NCBI GenBank assembly: GCA_046704725.1
Contig: JBJKRI010000005.1
Location: 128,001 to 192,000 of the forward strand
DNA length: 64,000 bases
DNA from: Candidatus Woesearchaeota archaeon
GTDB lineage: Archaea > Nanobdellota > Nanobdellia > Woesearchaeales > SKIA01
Direction of reading: 5' to 3'
This document shows positions 1 to 9,333 of this stretch, one piece after another. Positions within the stretch are counted from its first letter, which is position 1. Each line of letters begins with the position of its first letter. Made by a program: the position numbers and the translations under genes. The notes below the pieces were generated by a model. The model saw nothing but the letters and a program-made list of their open reading frames with translations, was not told the DNA's origin and ran no database searches.

Positions 1-815
1 TTGTCACCTCGCGGCTGGCGCGCTGGCTCGTGCGCCGCCACCTCCGGAGAGAGGCTTTCCGCGGCTTCGTCTGCATGTCCGAAGCGAGCAGGCACGCGTT
101 GTCGCAACTATTCCCCGAATACGCCAAGCGCATGCACGTCGCCTACCCATACGTCGCCGATCCGCATGGAAAGCCACGGAAGCCGCGCGCGCCGCGATTC
201 CTGTTCAGCAGCACGCAGTTCTCCTACAAGGGCGGGCGGCAACTGCTCGAGGCGTTCGGAGCGCTCAACGGCGAAGCGACGCTCACCCTCCTCACCAAGC
301 GGAGCAGCCTCGACGAGCAGACGCTCGAGCGCATCGAGAAGGACGAACGCATCACCCTCATCGAAGCGAAGCTCAGCAAGGAGGAGGTCTGGAGACTGTT
401 CGCGAGGCACGACGTATTCGTCGTGCCGACCCTCATGGACAGCTTCGGCATGGTCTTCCTCGAGGCCATCGCGAGCGGGCTCGCGGTCATCGCGACAGAC
501 CTGTACGCGCTCCCCGAGATGGTATCCACGGACAATGGCTTTCTCGTCGAGCCGCCCATACGCTACTTCGACAAGAAGGACCTGCCCAACCCGCGCTGGT
601 GGTCGGCGGCGCGCATCACCCGGTACGCGGACACGCACGCGCTGCCTGAATACACCGCCGAGATCAAGAACGCGATGCAGCATTATGTGGACGACCGCAA
701 GCTCGTCGAAAAGCACTCGCGCGCGAGCCTCAAGCGCTACAAGGAGCGCTTCTCGGAGAAGCGACGGCAAGAGGCGCTGCTCGAAGCCTATACGAGCGCC
801 CGGAGGAAGCCCTGA
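1..815 (+). CDS. Glycosyltransferase family 4 (GT-B), 5' truncated by window edge
   Basis: KGG motif and DVFVVPT..DSFGMVFLEAIASG..VIATD..LPEMV..NGFLV GT4 C-terminal signature; frame open from position 3. Confidence 0.9.
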   Translation, partial: VTSRLARWLVRRHLRREAFRGFVCMSEASRHALSQLFPEYAKRMHVAYPYVADPHGKPRKPRAPRFLFSSTQFSYKGGRQLLEAFGALNGEATLTLLTKRSSLDEQTLERIEKDERITLIEAKLSKEEVWRLFARHDVFVVPTLMDSFGMVFLEAIASGLAVIATDLYALPEMVSTDNGFLVEPPIRYFDKKDLPNPRWWSAARITRYADTHALPEYTAEIKNAMQHYVDDRKLVEKHSRASLKRYKERFSEKRRQEALLEAYTSARRKP

Positions 816-2569
816 TGTGCGGCATCCTCGGCGTGCTCGACTGGAACGGGAAGCTCCCGCCGCGCAAGGAGTTCGCCGCCCGCGTCAGGGAACTGCAGGA
901 CCGGGGACCCGACGGCCAGGGCGTGGAGCAGGGCGCGTGGTACCTGCTCGGCCATGCGCGCTTGTCCATCATCGACCTGTCGGTGCGGGCGGACCAGCCC
1001 ATGCGTCGCGGCGACCGCACCATCGTGTTCAACGGGGAGATCTACAACTACGCTGAACTGCGCGACGAGCTCAAGGAGAACGGGCATCAGTTCACCACGA
1101 CATCGGACACCGAGGTCGTGCTCGCCGCCTACGCTGAATGGGGGGATCGCTGCGTCGACCGGTTCGAGGGGATGTGGGCGCTGTGCATCATCGACCACCG
1201 CACGCGCGAGGCGTTCCTCGCGCGCGACCCGACCGGGCAGAAGCCATTGTTCTATCATTCCGGCAAGGGACGGCTCGTCTTCGGCTCGCGTCTCTCCACA
1301 GTAGGCGGGATGTGCGGGGCGAACAAGCTCGACCGGGAAGCGTTGGTGGCGTACCTCGCGGAGAGCTTCCGGCACGCGCCATGGGACCTCACGTTCCGCG
1401 CGGGAGTCAAGCAACTGCCGCCGGGACACGTGATGCACTGCAAGAAAGGACGGTGCCGCATCGCCGAACGGTTCTCGCCGGACTTCACCGTGCGGCCCGG
1501 AGCCGAGAAAGATTATCCCGCGATGATCGACAGGATGGTGCGCGCGACGACGGTCAGCGACGCCCCTGTCGGCGTGCTCTTGTCGGGAGGCGTGGACTCC
1601 GCGACGGTGTGCGCGCACCTGCCCAAGGATATCACCGCGTTCACCATCGCGTTCTCGGAGAAGGACACGGAACTGCTGCACGCGCGGAAGATCGCGAAAG
1701 CGCTCGGCATCCGTCACGAGACGATCCTGCTGGACAAGAAGCGCGTGGAGCACGAGCTCCTCGACCAGCTCGAAGAGCTCACGGAGAGCACGGGAGAACC
1801 GGTGGCATTGCTGCAGATGGCGTACACGCAGATCATCGCCGAGCGCGTCAGGAAGAAAGGCATCAAGGTGTTGTTGTCGGGGAACGGCGGGGATGAGCTC
1901 TTCTACGGCTACAACACCGCGCACTGGCTGCGCCTCGCCGATACCGTGGTCCCCGGACCGCTGGGAAAACGCATCAAGCCGTGGATGTACCGCAAGCGCT
2001 TCGACGATGCCAAGGCGTTGCTCGCCGACGACGCGCCGACACCGTCGTTCCCGGAACGGTTCCCCGTCCCCGACGGGGTGGCGCGCTCGTTCTATTGGTA
2101 CGGACTGCGCGTGGAGAACGAGCACAGCGTGACCGTCGTCGCCGACCGCGGCGGTATGAGCCGCGGCGTGGAGATTCGCTCGCCGTTCCTCACGCAGGGG
2201 ATGGTGCGCTATAGCCTGCAAGTGCCGACGCGCGCGAAGATCGGCAGCCTGTGGAACGACGCGGACAACAAGCACCTCATGCGCGAACACCTGCGTACAG
2301 TGCTTCCCGCTTCGCTCGCGGACGCCCCGAAGAAGGGATTCGGCTGGGATCTGCGCGTGCCGGAGCTCATCCGGACGGCCTGGAAAGAACGCTTCCAGAC
2401 GAAGCTGGAATTCCTGGAGAAGAGCGGGCTGTTCAAGGAAGGGGTGCTGCGCGCTCTGCTCGATGCGCATCTCGCGGGTGACGACCATAATGCGCTCCTC
2501 GTAAAGTGCTACACCCTTGCGTGCTGGCTGAAAAGCGATAGTCATTTAAGTATTGGCGTGGGGCGCTAG
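815..2569 (+). CDS. asnB: Asparagine synthase (glutamine-hydrolysing) family amidotransferase, probably glycan-modifying
   Basis: N-terminal MCGI, RGPD, HARLSIIDL, FNGEIYN, LSGGVDS, SGNGGDELFYGY, E.RSPFL, KKGF; located in glycan cluster. Confidence 0.92.
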   Translation: MCGILGVLDWNGKLPPRKEFAARVRELQDRGPDGQGVEQGAWYLLGHARLSIIDLSVRADQPMRRGDRTIVFNGEIYNYAELRDELKENGHQFTTTSDTEVVLAAYAEWGDRCVDRFEGMWALCIIDHRTREAFLARDPTGQKPLFYHSGKGRLVFGSRLSTVGGMCGANKLDREALVAYLAESFRHAPWDLTFRAGVKQLPPGHVMHCKKGRCRIAERFSPDFTVRPGAEKDYPAMIDRMVRATTVSDAPVGVLLSGGVDSATVCAHLPKDITAFTIAFSEKDTELLHARKIAKALGIRHETILLDKKRVEHELLDQLEELTESTGEPVALLQMAYTQIIAERVRKKGIKVLLSGNGGDELFYGYNTAHWLRLADTVVPGPLGKRIKPWMYRKRFDDAKALLADDAPTPSFPERFPVPDGVARSFYWYGLRVENEHSVTVVADRGGMSRGVEIRSPFLTQGMVRYSLQVPTRAKIGSLWNDADNKHLMREHLRTVLPASLADAPKKGFGWDLRVPELIRTAWKERFQTKLEFLEKSGLFKEGVLRALLDAHLAGDDHNALLVKCYTLACWLKSDSHLSIGVGR

Positions 2570-2572
2570 ACC

Positions 2573-3175
2573 GTGGAAAGCGCAACCGATAGCGAGACCG
2601 GAAGGACGCGATGGCGATACGTCCCCCCGCGGGGCGTCCGACGGTTCTTCAACAAGGAGCAACGCGTGCTCGATGTTGGCGCGGCGAACGTCGGTCTTGC
2701 TGAATGGGGAAAGCAGACCTTCGGCGGATTCAAGTCGTACACCATGATGGACATCTCGAAGCCCGCGATCGAGCAAGCGAAGAAGAGCGGGTACCAGGGA
2801 GTCCTGGGTGACTGCACGAAGGACTGGCCGCTCCCTGACAACTCGTTCGACGTCGTGCTCGCATCGCACATCATCGAGCACCTCCAATACCAGGAGGCCG
2901 CGCACTTCCTCAAGGAAGCGCGACGCGTCCTCGCTCCAGGAGGGCGCATCATCGTCGTGACGCCGTCCACCGCGGCGTGGTTCTTCTGGTCCGAGTGGAC
3001 GCACGTGCGTCCGCACAACCACGTGAGCCTGCACAACATGCTGCGGGACAACGGATACAAGGATGTGGTCTGGGACTATCCGCGCTCCGTGCTCCCGCTC
3101 TTCGTGAAACGATATCTCTCGAAACTTCCGGTACATTTTTCTCTGCGTGAGGTCTCCGCGACCGGTACGAGATGA
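2573..3175 (+). CDS. Class I SAM-dependent methyltransferase
   Basis: VLDVGA, PLPDNSFDVV..SHIIEHL, RVLAPGGRIIVVTP. Confidence 0.88.
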   Translation: MESATDSETGRTRWRYVPPRGVRRFFNKEQRVLDVGAANVGLAEWGKQTFGGFKSYTMMDISKPAIEQAKKSGYQGVLGDCTKDWPLPDNSFDVVLASHIIEHLQYQEAAHFLKEARRVLAPGGRIIVVTPSTAAWFFWSEWTHVRPHNHVSLHNMLRDNGYKDVVWDYPRSVLPLFVKRYLSKLPVHFSLREVSATGTR

Positions 3176-4098
3176 GCTTGCCAACCTTCTTCATCGTCGG
3201 CGCGCAGAAGAGCGGCACGACTACGCTGTACAGCCACCTTAGCGGGGTCGAAGGCGTGTACATGAGCCCCATCAAGGAGCCGAACCACTTCTGCACCGAC
3301 CTGAACGAGCACCTCGCGGAGAAGTTCAACAAGGGCATGCTCTTCGACCGCAAGAAGTACTTCTCCACCCAACCGCTCAAGCAGTTCCACATGGCGTACA
3401 TCACCGACTGGAAGGACTACCAGAAGCTGTTCTTTGCAGGGAAGGACGCGAGGGTGCGCGGAGAGGCGAGCACCAACTACCTGTACTCGACGGTCGCCGC
3501 GAAGAACATCAAGAAGCGCGTCCCCGACGCGAAGATCGTCATCATCGTGCGCGACCCGGTCAAGCGCGCCTTCAGCCACTACCTCATGGATCTCGGCGAC
3601 GGCGATAAGCTCCCGCCGTTCGACGAGGCGATTCATCTCGAGAACAACTGGCTGCGCGACGACCATCACCATAAGAACCGCTTCGTGGACTTCGGCATGT
3701 ACTACGAGCAGGTCAAGCGATACACGGACGCGTTCGGCAAGGAGAACGTGCTCGTGCTGCTCCTCGACGACCTCAAGGACGAGCCGGACAAGACGATGCG
3801 GCGCCTGCTCTCGTTCATCGGATTGCCGAAAGCGAGATTCTCCCTGGACACGGAACGCACCAACATCCGGGCCGTGCCGAAGAGCGGCCTCACGCAGTTC
3901 CTCATGCGGCAGAAACGTTTGCGGGCGTTCCTCGTGGGGCTCATGCCGCGGCGGTTCAAGAGATGGCTCATCGGCATCCTGTTCAGCGCCAAGCCGAAGC
4001 AAGGCATGAGCGACGCCGCACGGGAGGAACTGCGGGAACTGTTCGCGCCCGACGTGAAGAAGCTCGAGCGCCTCATCGGCCGGAAGACCGGCTGGTGA
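3172..4098 (+). CDS. Sulfotransferase
   Basis: PTFFIVGAQKSGTTTL (5'-PSB loop), KEPNHF, GEASTNY, RDPVKRAFSHY (3'-PB motif). Confidence 0.92.
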   Translation: MSLPTFFIVGAQKSGTTTLYSHLSGVEGVYMSPIKEPNHFCTDLNEHLAEKFNKGMLFDRKKYFSTQPLKQFHMAYITDWKDYQKLFFAGKDARVRGEASTNYLYSTVAAKNIKKRVPDAKIVIIVRDPVKRAFSHYLMDLGDGDKLPPFDEAIHLENNWLRDDHHHKNRFVDFGMYYEQVKRYTDAFGKENVLVLLLDDLKDEPDKTMRRLLSFIGLPKARFSLDTERTNIRAVPKSGLTQFLMRQKRLRAFLVGLMPRRFKRWLIGILFSAKPKQGMSDAAREELRELFAPDVKKLERLIGRKTGW

Positions 4099-4110
4099 GC
4101 GCCCCTGACG

Positions 4111-4338
4111 TCACTTCCTCTCGTCGGCATGGACAACGCCCCAGGAAACGGCTCCCCAAACACGCTCGTGCACGTAATAGATGATGAACTTGAGCACGAT
4201 CTCTATCGCTCCTAATCCGAGAGCGAGACCGATCTCGCCGGTGAATATCCACACGAGGCTTACGGTGGTGAGGGTCGCGAGGATACGAAACGTCACGCTC
4301 TTGAACACGCTTCTCGCACGAGTCTCCGTTATCTTCAT
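4111..4338 (-). CDS. DUF2061-like small membrane protein
   Basis: ET.ARS..KS.TFRI..T..T and K..IYY.HERVW..V.WG pattern. Confidence 0.8.
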   Translation of the reverse strand: MKITETRARSVFKSVTFRILATLTTVSLVWIFTGEIGLALGLGAIEIVLKFIIYYVHERVWGAVSWGVVHADERK

Positions 4339-4398
4339 CGCATGCGCTCTTCCTGCACGGCAGCACGCCGCACACGACGCGAGCCGGCCGATACGTAT

Positions 4399-5358
4399 TT
4401 ATGCCTTGTGCACGCGCGCCATCGTCTCGACGATGGTGGGAAGGTCGCTGTGCGTGGGAGTCCAGCCCAAGACCGTTCTTGCGCGCGTCGCGTCGGCGTA
4501 GACGACGGCGGGATCGCCCCGCCGCCGCGGACCGACCGTGACGGGGAAATCGTGGATCCTCTGCACCGCGTCAACGCACTCACGCACGGAAAGCGCCTTT
4601 CCAGTGCCGAGATTGAGGATGAGTCCCTTATCGCCGAGATGCTGCAATGCCTTGACGTGCGCGTCGGCGAGGTCGGTGACGTGGATGTAGTCGCGCAGGC
4701 ACGTCCCGTCGGGCGTGTCATAATCATCGCCGAAGATCGTGACGCCGTCACGCTGGCCGTCCGCCGCTTCGAAGAGGATGGGCAGCAGGTTCTGCGGGTC
4801 CTTCTCGGGCGTCGTCAGCCTGCCGTCGGGGTCGAAGCCCACGGCGTTGAAGTAGCGCAGGGCGGCGTAGCGGACGTGCTTGAGACGCCCGTGCCAGTCC
4901 AAGAGCTCCTCCACGGTTTTCTTGGTGTAGCCGTACACGCTCTCCGGCCTGAGCGGGTGCTCCTCCGTGATGGGAAGCTGCTGCGGCTCGCCGTAGACGG
5001 CCGCGCTGCTCGAGAACACGATGTCCCGTACGCCGTGGCGGTGCATGGCAGCCAATACTTGGATGCTCCCGCCGATGTTGTGCTCGGCGTACAGCTCGGG
5101 CCGCTCCATGCTCTCGCCGACCGCTTTCTTCGCGGCGAGGTGGATGACCGCATCAATGTCATGAGAATTGAACAAGCGATCGAGGTCGGTGGCGCTGCGC
5201 ACGTCACCCTTGACAAAAGGCGCTCCGGTCGCGTCCACGTTGGATTGCTGTCCGGTGGACAAGTCGTCGAAGACGACCGTTTCGTGACCGGCGTCCCGCA
5301 GGGCGAGCACGACGTGGCTGCCGATATAGCCGGCCCCTCCGAGCACTGCGACGCGCAT
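4399..5358 (-). CDS. galE: UDP-glucose 4-epimerase
   Basis: GGAGYIGSH, HLAAKKAVGES, FSSSAAVYG, YG.TK, LRYFN, DYDTPDGTC.RDYIHV.DLA. Confidence 0.95.
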   Translation of the reverse strand: MRVAVLGGAGYIGSHVVLALRDAGHETVVFDDLSTGQQSNVDATGAPFVKGDVRSATDLDRLFNSHDIDAVIHLAAKKAVGESMERPELYAEHNIGGSIQVLAAMHRHGVRDIVFSSSAAVYGEPQQLPITEEHPLRPESVYGYTKKTVEELLDWHGRLKHVRYAALRYFNAVGFDPDGRLTTPEKDPQNLLPILFEAADGQRDGVTIFGDDYDTPDGTCLRDYIHVTDLADAHVKALQHLGDKGLILNLGTGKALSVRECVDAVQRIHDFPVTVGPRRRGDPAVVYADATRARTVLGWTPTHSDLPTIVETMARVHKA

Positions 5359-5419
5359 GCGTTCTCCGTGCTCCCGCCGTTCTTAAGTCTTCGGTATTGG
5401 ATTATGGAGGAGGGGAGGC

Positions 5420-5602
5420 TTACGCCTCCACCAATTCCTCTTCCACCTGTCCTTCCAGGACCTTCTCCATGTAGGCCACGGGCTTTATCTCCGTGATCGT
5501 GGTCTGGAAGACGATGTGCTGGCCGCTCTTCGAGCGCCACATGCGTGTCTTGATGATCGGCTGATCGCGCAGCTGATCCTCTTTCTTGTTGGTCAAACCC
5601 AT
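5420..5602 (-). CDS. Small hypothetical protein (60 aa)
   Basis: GGTGAT Shine-Dalgarno before ATG; protein-like composition. Confidence 0.7.
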   Translation of the reverse strand: MGLTNKKEDQLRDQPIIKTRMWRSKSGQHIVFQTTITEIKPVAYMEKVLEGQVEEELVEA

Positions 5603-5698
5603 ATGTATCACCGCTCCTTGCTCCGCTGATGGCGTTCAAAGGGCTATCGCGCGATGAACGGCAAAAGGGAGCGTCCTTATCGGCTCGATGTCGCTTTC

Positions 5699-6610
5699 TC
5701 AGGAAGCTTTCCGGACGGCCACCAGGAAGAAGCCCTGGGTTCCGTGGCGATGGGGCCACAGGCGCCGCGCCTTGGCCATATCCGTGCGGAAGGATTTTCC
5801 GGCGAACGACGTGAGGGCGGGGTCGCCGATACGCAGTCCCGTGTCGACGAGGGACTCGTCGGTAAGGGTGCTCGTCAATAGCTGCTCGTCCTCCTCGGGC
5901 TCCAAAGAGCACGTGCTGTAGACGAGGATGCCGCCGGGCTTGAGCACGGCGAGCGCTGCGCGGAGCAAGCGCTGCTGGAGGCGGGCGCGTCCCTGCGGGT
6001 CGTGGGGCTGGCGTTTTTTCAACCATCCTTTCTCGACGGCGAAGTTGCCGCTGCACGGCGCGTCGAGCAGGACTGCGTCGAAAGTCATACCTAGGTCCTG
6101 CACGTGACGGCCGTCCTTGAGGTATGCGTGCACATTCTCGGTGCCGCAGCGCTCGAGATTGCTGGTGAGGGCTTGTGCGCGCCGCCGGTCGGCGTCGGTC
6201 GCGACGAGCGTTCCTGTGTTCCGCATCAACGCGGACAGCTGCGTGGTCTTGCTGCCCGGGGCGGCGGTCATGTCGAGGACGGTGGATGTTGTGATATCCT
6301 TTCCCGCTCTCTTCAAGGCGTGTGCGAGAGCGAGCGCCGGCAATTGGGAGGCGGCCTCCTGCAGGTAGTACAATCCGAGCAGGTATTCCTCGGTGGCTCC
6401 CAACGAGAATGGCGCCTCGTACCAGAAGGCGTCCGGCAAGAAGGGCACGGGCACGAGCTTCACGCCGCGCTTTTCCAGGCGCTGCTTGAGCTTCTTGGAC
6501 GTGGTCTTGAGCGTGTTGACGCGCAGGCACGGCCTGATCGTGAAGTCGAGGATGCGCTCGGGGCTGTCGCCGGTCATCTCCGCGTAGCGGTTGATGAAAT
6601 AGTCCGCCAT
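5699..6610 (-). CDS. RsmB/NOP2/NSun-family RNA m5C methyltransferase
   Basis: RVNTLK, YLQEAASQLP, VLDMTAAPGSKT, LLDAPCSG, VYSTCSL.PEEDE, GFF. Confidence 0.93.
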   Translation of the reverse strand: MADYFINRYAEMTGDSPERILDFTIRPCLRVNTLKTTSKKLKQRLEKRGVKLVPVPFLPDAFWYEAPFSLGATEEYLLGLYYLQEAASQLPALALAHALKRAGKDITTSTVLDMTAAPGSKTTQLSALMRNTGTLVATDADRRRAQALTSNLERCGTENVHAYLKDGRHVQDLGMTFDAVLLDAPCSGNFAVEKGWLKKRQPHDPQGRARLQQRLLRAALAVLKPGGILVYSTCSLEPEEDEQLLTSTLTDESLVDTGLRIGDPALTSFAGKSFRTDMAKARRLWPHRHGTQGFFLVAVRKAS

Positions 6611-6660
6611 GCGCGGGAAAGCACCGCAGAGCTTATAAATGGATGCGCGTTCGCCCAGAA

Positions 6661-6771
6661 TGGACGGTCACAGTGCCGTGGTTCACCCGGTCCCATTTCG
6701 AACCCGGAAGTTAAGCACGGCGACGTTCCGCGTGGTACTGCCATCCGGCGGGAAGCGCGGTTCGCTGTCCA
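6661..6771 (+). rRNA. rrf: 5S rRNA (unlinked)
   Basis: Terminal helix TGGACGG/CTGTCCA; CACCCGGTCCCATTTCGAACCCGGAAGTTAAG core, GTACTG, GGGAA..G; TATA-like TTATAAA at about 6634. Confidence 0.93.
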
Positions 6772-6824
6772 CCTCTTCTCCACTCTTGCGTAAATGCTAA
6801 ATACGATGGGCCGTGCGCGCATGG

Positions 6825-7310
6825 ATGGCGACCATATTCTCCAAAGAGACGAACACTGTCCAAACTCACTTCGTCAGATTCGTCCACGATTTCTTCGTGA
6901 TTCCACATTACTTGCATGACGAAGATAGAACGGTCATACAAGCGATGCCAAATCTCGTGCATCGACCGTTTCCGAAACGAGGGCTCTTCCGAAGGGCCCA
7001 TGGCTTCGACCATGCCCTCTACCTCCCATCACAGAACCTCCGCTCACTGGGCATCGGTAGTCGCCGTTTCGAATTCGGGCCTCGTACGCACTACTTGCCT
7101 CTCGCACGGTTCGCGGGTCTCCCAGGATTCATGCGGGACCATCCCTGGGCCTCGTATGAAGGAGACACTTTTCCCACGGACCGGCTCCACCTCGAGGTCG
7201 ACGCGCGGGCTCCCGAAGCAGTGAAGGTCGCCGTCCATAGCTTTGCGAGAGCGTATCAAAACCGATTCGGCGGGCCATTCCTCCTAGAGGAAATGGATCT
7301 CTCGCGCTAG
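6825..7310 (+). CDS. Hypothetical orphan protein
   Basis: ORF fills gap after 5S rRNA; CTAAATA box upstream; stop overlaps convergent gene. Confidence 0.55.
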   Translation: MATIFSKETNTVQTHFVRFVHDFFVIPHYLHDEDRTVIQAMPNLVHRPFPKRGLFRRAHGFDHALYLPSQNLRSLGIGSRRFEFGPRTHYLPLARFAGLPGFMRDHPWASYEGDTFPTDRLHLEVDARAPEAVKVAVHSFARAYQNRFGGPFLLEEMDLSR

Positions 7311-8359
7311 ATCTCCAGCGTGAAATCCTCGGTATCGGCCTTCGCCACGAGGGGGTGCGCGGACCACTTCTTCTCGAAATCTTCTTTAGAGAGTGACTTG
7401 CGGTCCTTCGCCGCTTCCTTGAGAATGGAATCCACCTCTTGGTAGCGCTCGTACAGCAATTCACCCTTGCGCTGGTTCTCCTCGGCCGCCTTGAGGAAAC
7501 CAGCGGCCTGCTTCTCCTGCGAGGCGAGGATACGCGCGACCTTGTCCTTTCGCTGCGTGCGCGCGGCCACACGCTCCGTCTTCTGCGCAGACTCGCGCAG
7601 GCCGTCGCGGATGGCAGCGATCGCCTCGCTGAACGTCTCCGTCTTGGCGGCACCGTCAACGACTTGCACTGGGTAGGCGCTGTCAGCGGTGTGCTCTGGA
7701 GCGCTCTCTGTAAAGAGTCGCTGCACCTCCGGGAAGAGCTTGGACGCATCCGCATCTGTCGACTGGTCGTCGATGCCAGCGCGCTTGCAGACGAGCTGGG
7801 CGTACTCGCCGCCGAGACCGATATCGCTCGCCAGAGCGATGACGACGGGCTTTCCCGTCACTATCTTGGCGAAACTTTCCTCGCTCATGGTACGGATGTC
7901 GGGCTGCGGGGCCGGCGGAGCATAGACCTGCCCGCCACGGATGGCGCGGTCGGCGAAGGTCACGTACTCGCGAGCGCTGATGACCTTGTCGTTCTCGTCG
8001 CACACGACGATATTGCCCTTGCCGAAGAGCTCGAAATAGACGTGATATATCTGTTCTTTCTCGATGTCCAGACGGAGGATGCGGTCCATGCCGAGCTGCG
8101 TGATGCCGCGGATGATGCCTTTCTGCAGTCGCTTGCGCAAGAACATGGAGAATCCTTTCGGAGGAGAGAACGCGGGCTTGCTCGTCGTGAGGTACGCGAC
8201 GGACGGCACGTCGACAACGAGGTTCACGCGCTTTTTCGCGTAGACGCTCAAGAGCACGTACTTGTCGTCGGCGTAGACCTTGTCGATACGCCCTCCCACG
8301 AGCGTCTGGAACTCGCGCACGAGATGCGCGTACTCCACGCTCGAAGCCTGGTCCTTCAT
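7307..8359 (-). CDS. NFACT/RqcH-family protein, N-terminal half only
   Basis: GGRIDKVY, P..FSMFLRKRL, I.Q.G.DRI, ELFGKGNIV, R.I..G..Y..PP, GLGGEYA, then coiled coil with KGELLYE.Y; ends at 350 aa. Confidence 0.88.
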   Translation of the reverse strand: MKDQASSVEYAHLVREFQTLVGGRIDKVYADDKYVLLSVYAKKRVNLVVDVPSVAYLTTSKPAFSPPKGFSMFLRKRLQKGIIRGITQLGMDRILRLDIEKEQIYHVYFELFGKGNIVVCDENDKVISAREYVTFADRAIRGGQVYAPPAPQPDIRTMSEESFAKIVTGKPVVIALASDIGLGGEYAQLVCKRAGIDDQSTDADASKLFPEVQRLFTESAPEHTADSAYPVQVVDGAAKTETFSEAIAAIRDGLRESAQKTERVAARTQRKDKVARILASQEKQAAGFLKAAEENQRKGELLYERYQEVDSILKEAAKDRKSLSKEDFEKKWSAHPLVAKADTEDFTLEI

Positions 8360-8444
8360 GGACGAGGAGAGCGCGTCCGCCTATATATAGTCGTGGGCGC
8401 GCATGAAACAACAGGTTTTTATCCTCCCACCGGAAAGAGGCGGT

Positions 8445-8762
8445 ATGGCCAATCAGGACGCGAAAACATACGCGCTCATCGGCGCGCTCCTGCCGATCAT
8501 CGGATTCATCATCATCTCGCTCGCCAAGAAAGGCGGGAAGTACGCGATGTACTACGGGAAGCACGGACTTGCCCTCGGGATCGTGTGGATCGTCGTCATC
8601 GTTGTGGGATCGATACTCGCGATCATCCCGTTCGTCGGCGCTATCATCTACTACGCGCTGCAGGTCATCATGCTTATCCTCTGGATACTAGGCATCGTGA
8701 ACAGCCAGAGCGGAAAACAGAAGGGCGTGCTGGTCATCGAGGAGATCGCCAAGCAGTTCTAG
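8445..8762 (+). CDS. DUF4870-like membrane protein
   Basis: Three hydrophobic segments; Y..KHGL, IPFVG, WILGIVN pattern. Confidence 0.7.
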   Translation: MANQDAKTYALIGALLPIIGFIIISLAKKGGKYAMYYGKHGLALGIVWIVVIVVGSILAIIPFVGAIIYYALQVIMLILWILGIVNSQSGKQKGVLVIEEIAKQF

Positions 8763-9199
8763 GGCTGCTCGCTCGTCCAGACGACCTCGGGGTCGTGGCC
8801 GAACTCCGTGGCCTCGACGTGGCAGACGTCGAAGATCTCGCAGTCGAGGTTCTCGCGGACCTTCTGCGCGTCATAGCCGCGTTCCTCCAAGCGTTTCTTC
8901 AGCTCGGGCAATGAGCACTTGGTCACGATCACGCGCTCGGCGTGCTCGGGCGGCAAGTAGTGGGCGAGATGCCCCTCGAGGATGAAGTCCGGGTCGTGAT
9001 GGATGAGCTCGTCGAGTATCTTGCCGAGCTCCACGACGTCGATGAGGAAGCAGTTGCGCTTGTCGTCCCACTCCGTGTCCAGGCCGCGCTCCTTGAGCAG
9101 TTCGGTGATATTGATGACGGGCAGGTCGAGCTCTTGTCCGAGCTTCTTGGCGTACGTGCTCTTGCCGGTGCCCGGAGTCCCCGTGATGACGATTGCCAT
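8759..9199 (-). CDS. Fap7/hCINAP-type adenylate kinase/ATPase
   Basis: ITGTPGTGKST P-loop, EGHLAH, L.KRLEERGY...KVRENL.CEI. Confidence 0.9.
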   Translation of the reverse strand: MAIVITGTPGTGKSTYAKKLGQELDLPVINITELLKERGLDTEWDDKRNCFLIDVVELGKILDELIHHDPDFILEGHLAHYLPPEHAERVIVTKCSLPELKKRLEERGYDAQKVRENLDCEIFDVCHVEATEFGHDPEVVWTSEQP

Positions 9200-9333
9200 G
9201 CAGGGCGGAGCGAAGCGCCCTTTAAGAGTTCTGCGACGTGGGCTGATAGAACTGAAATCTCTCTGAAAATGGTTTGTACGCTCGTTTTTCCATGCACAAA
9301 TCATAAATAAGGCAGAAACGAAGATACTCCACA

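Noticed and set aside
6640-6661. CTGGGCGAACGCGC upstream of the m5C methyltransferase as another regulon motif copy (also CACCGGCC near 14848)
   Set aside because: The core GGACA is mismatched; plausible by chance at this GC content.
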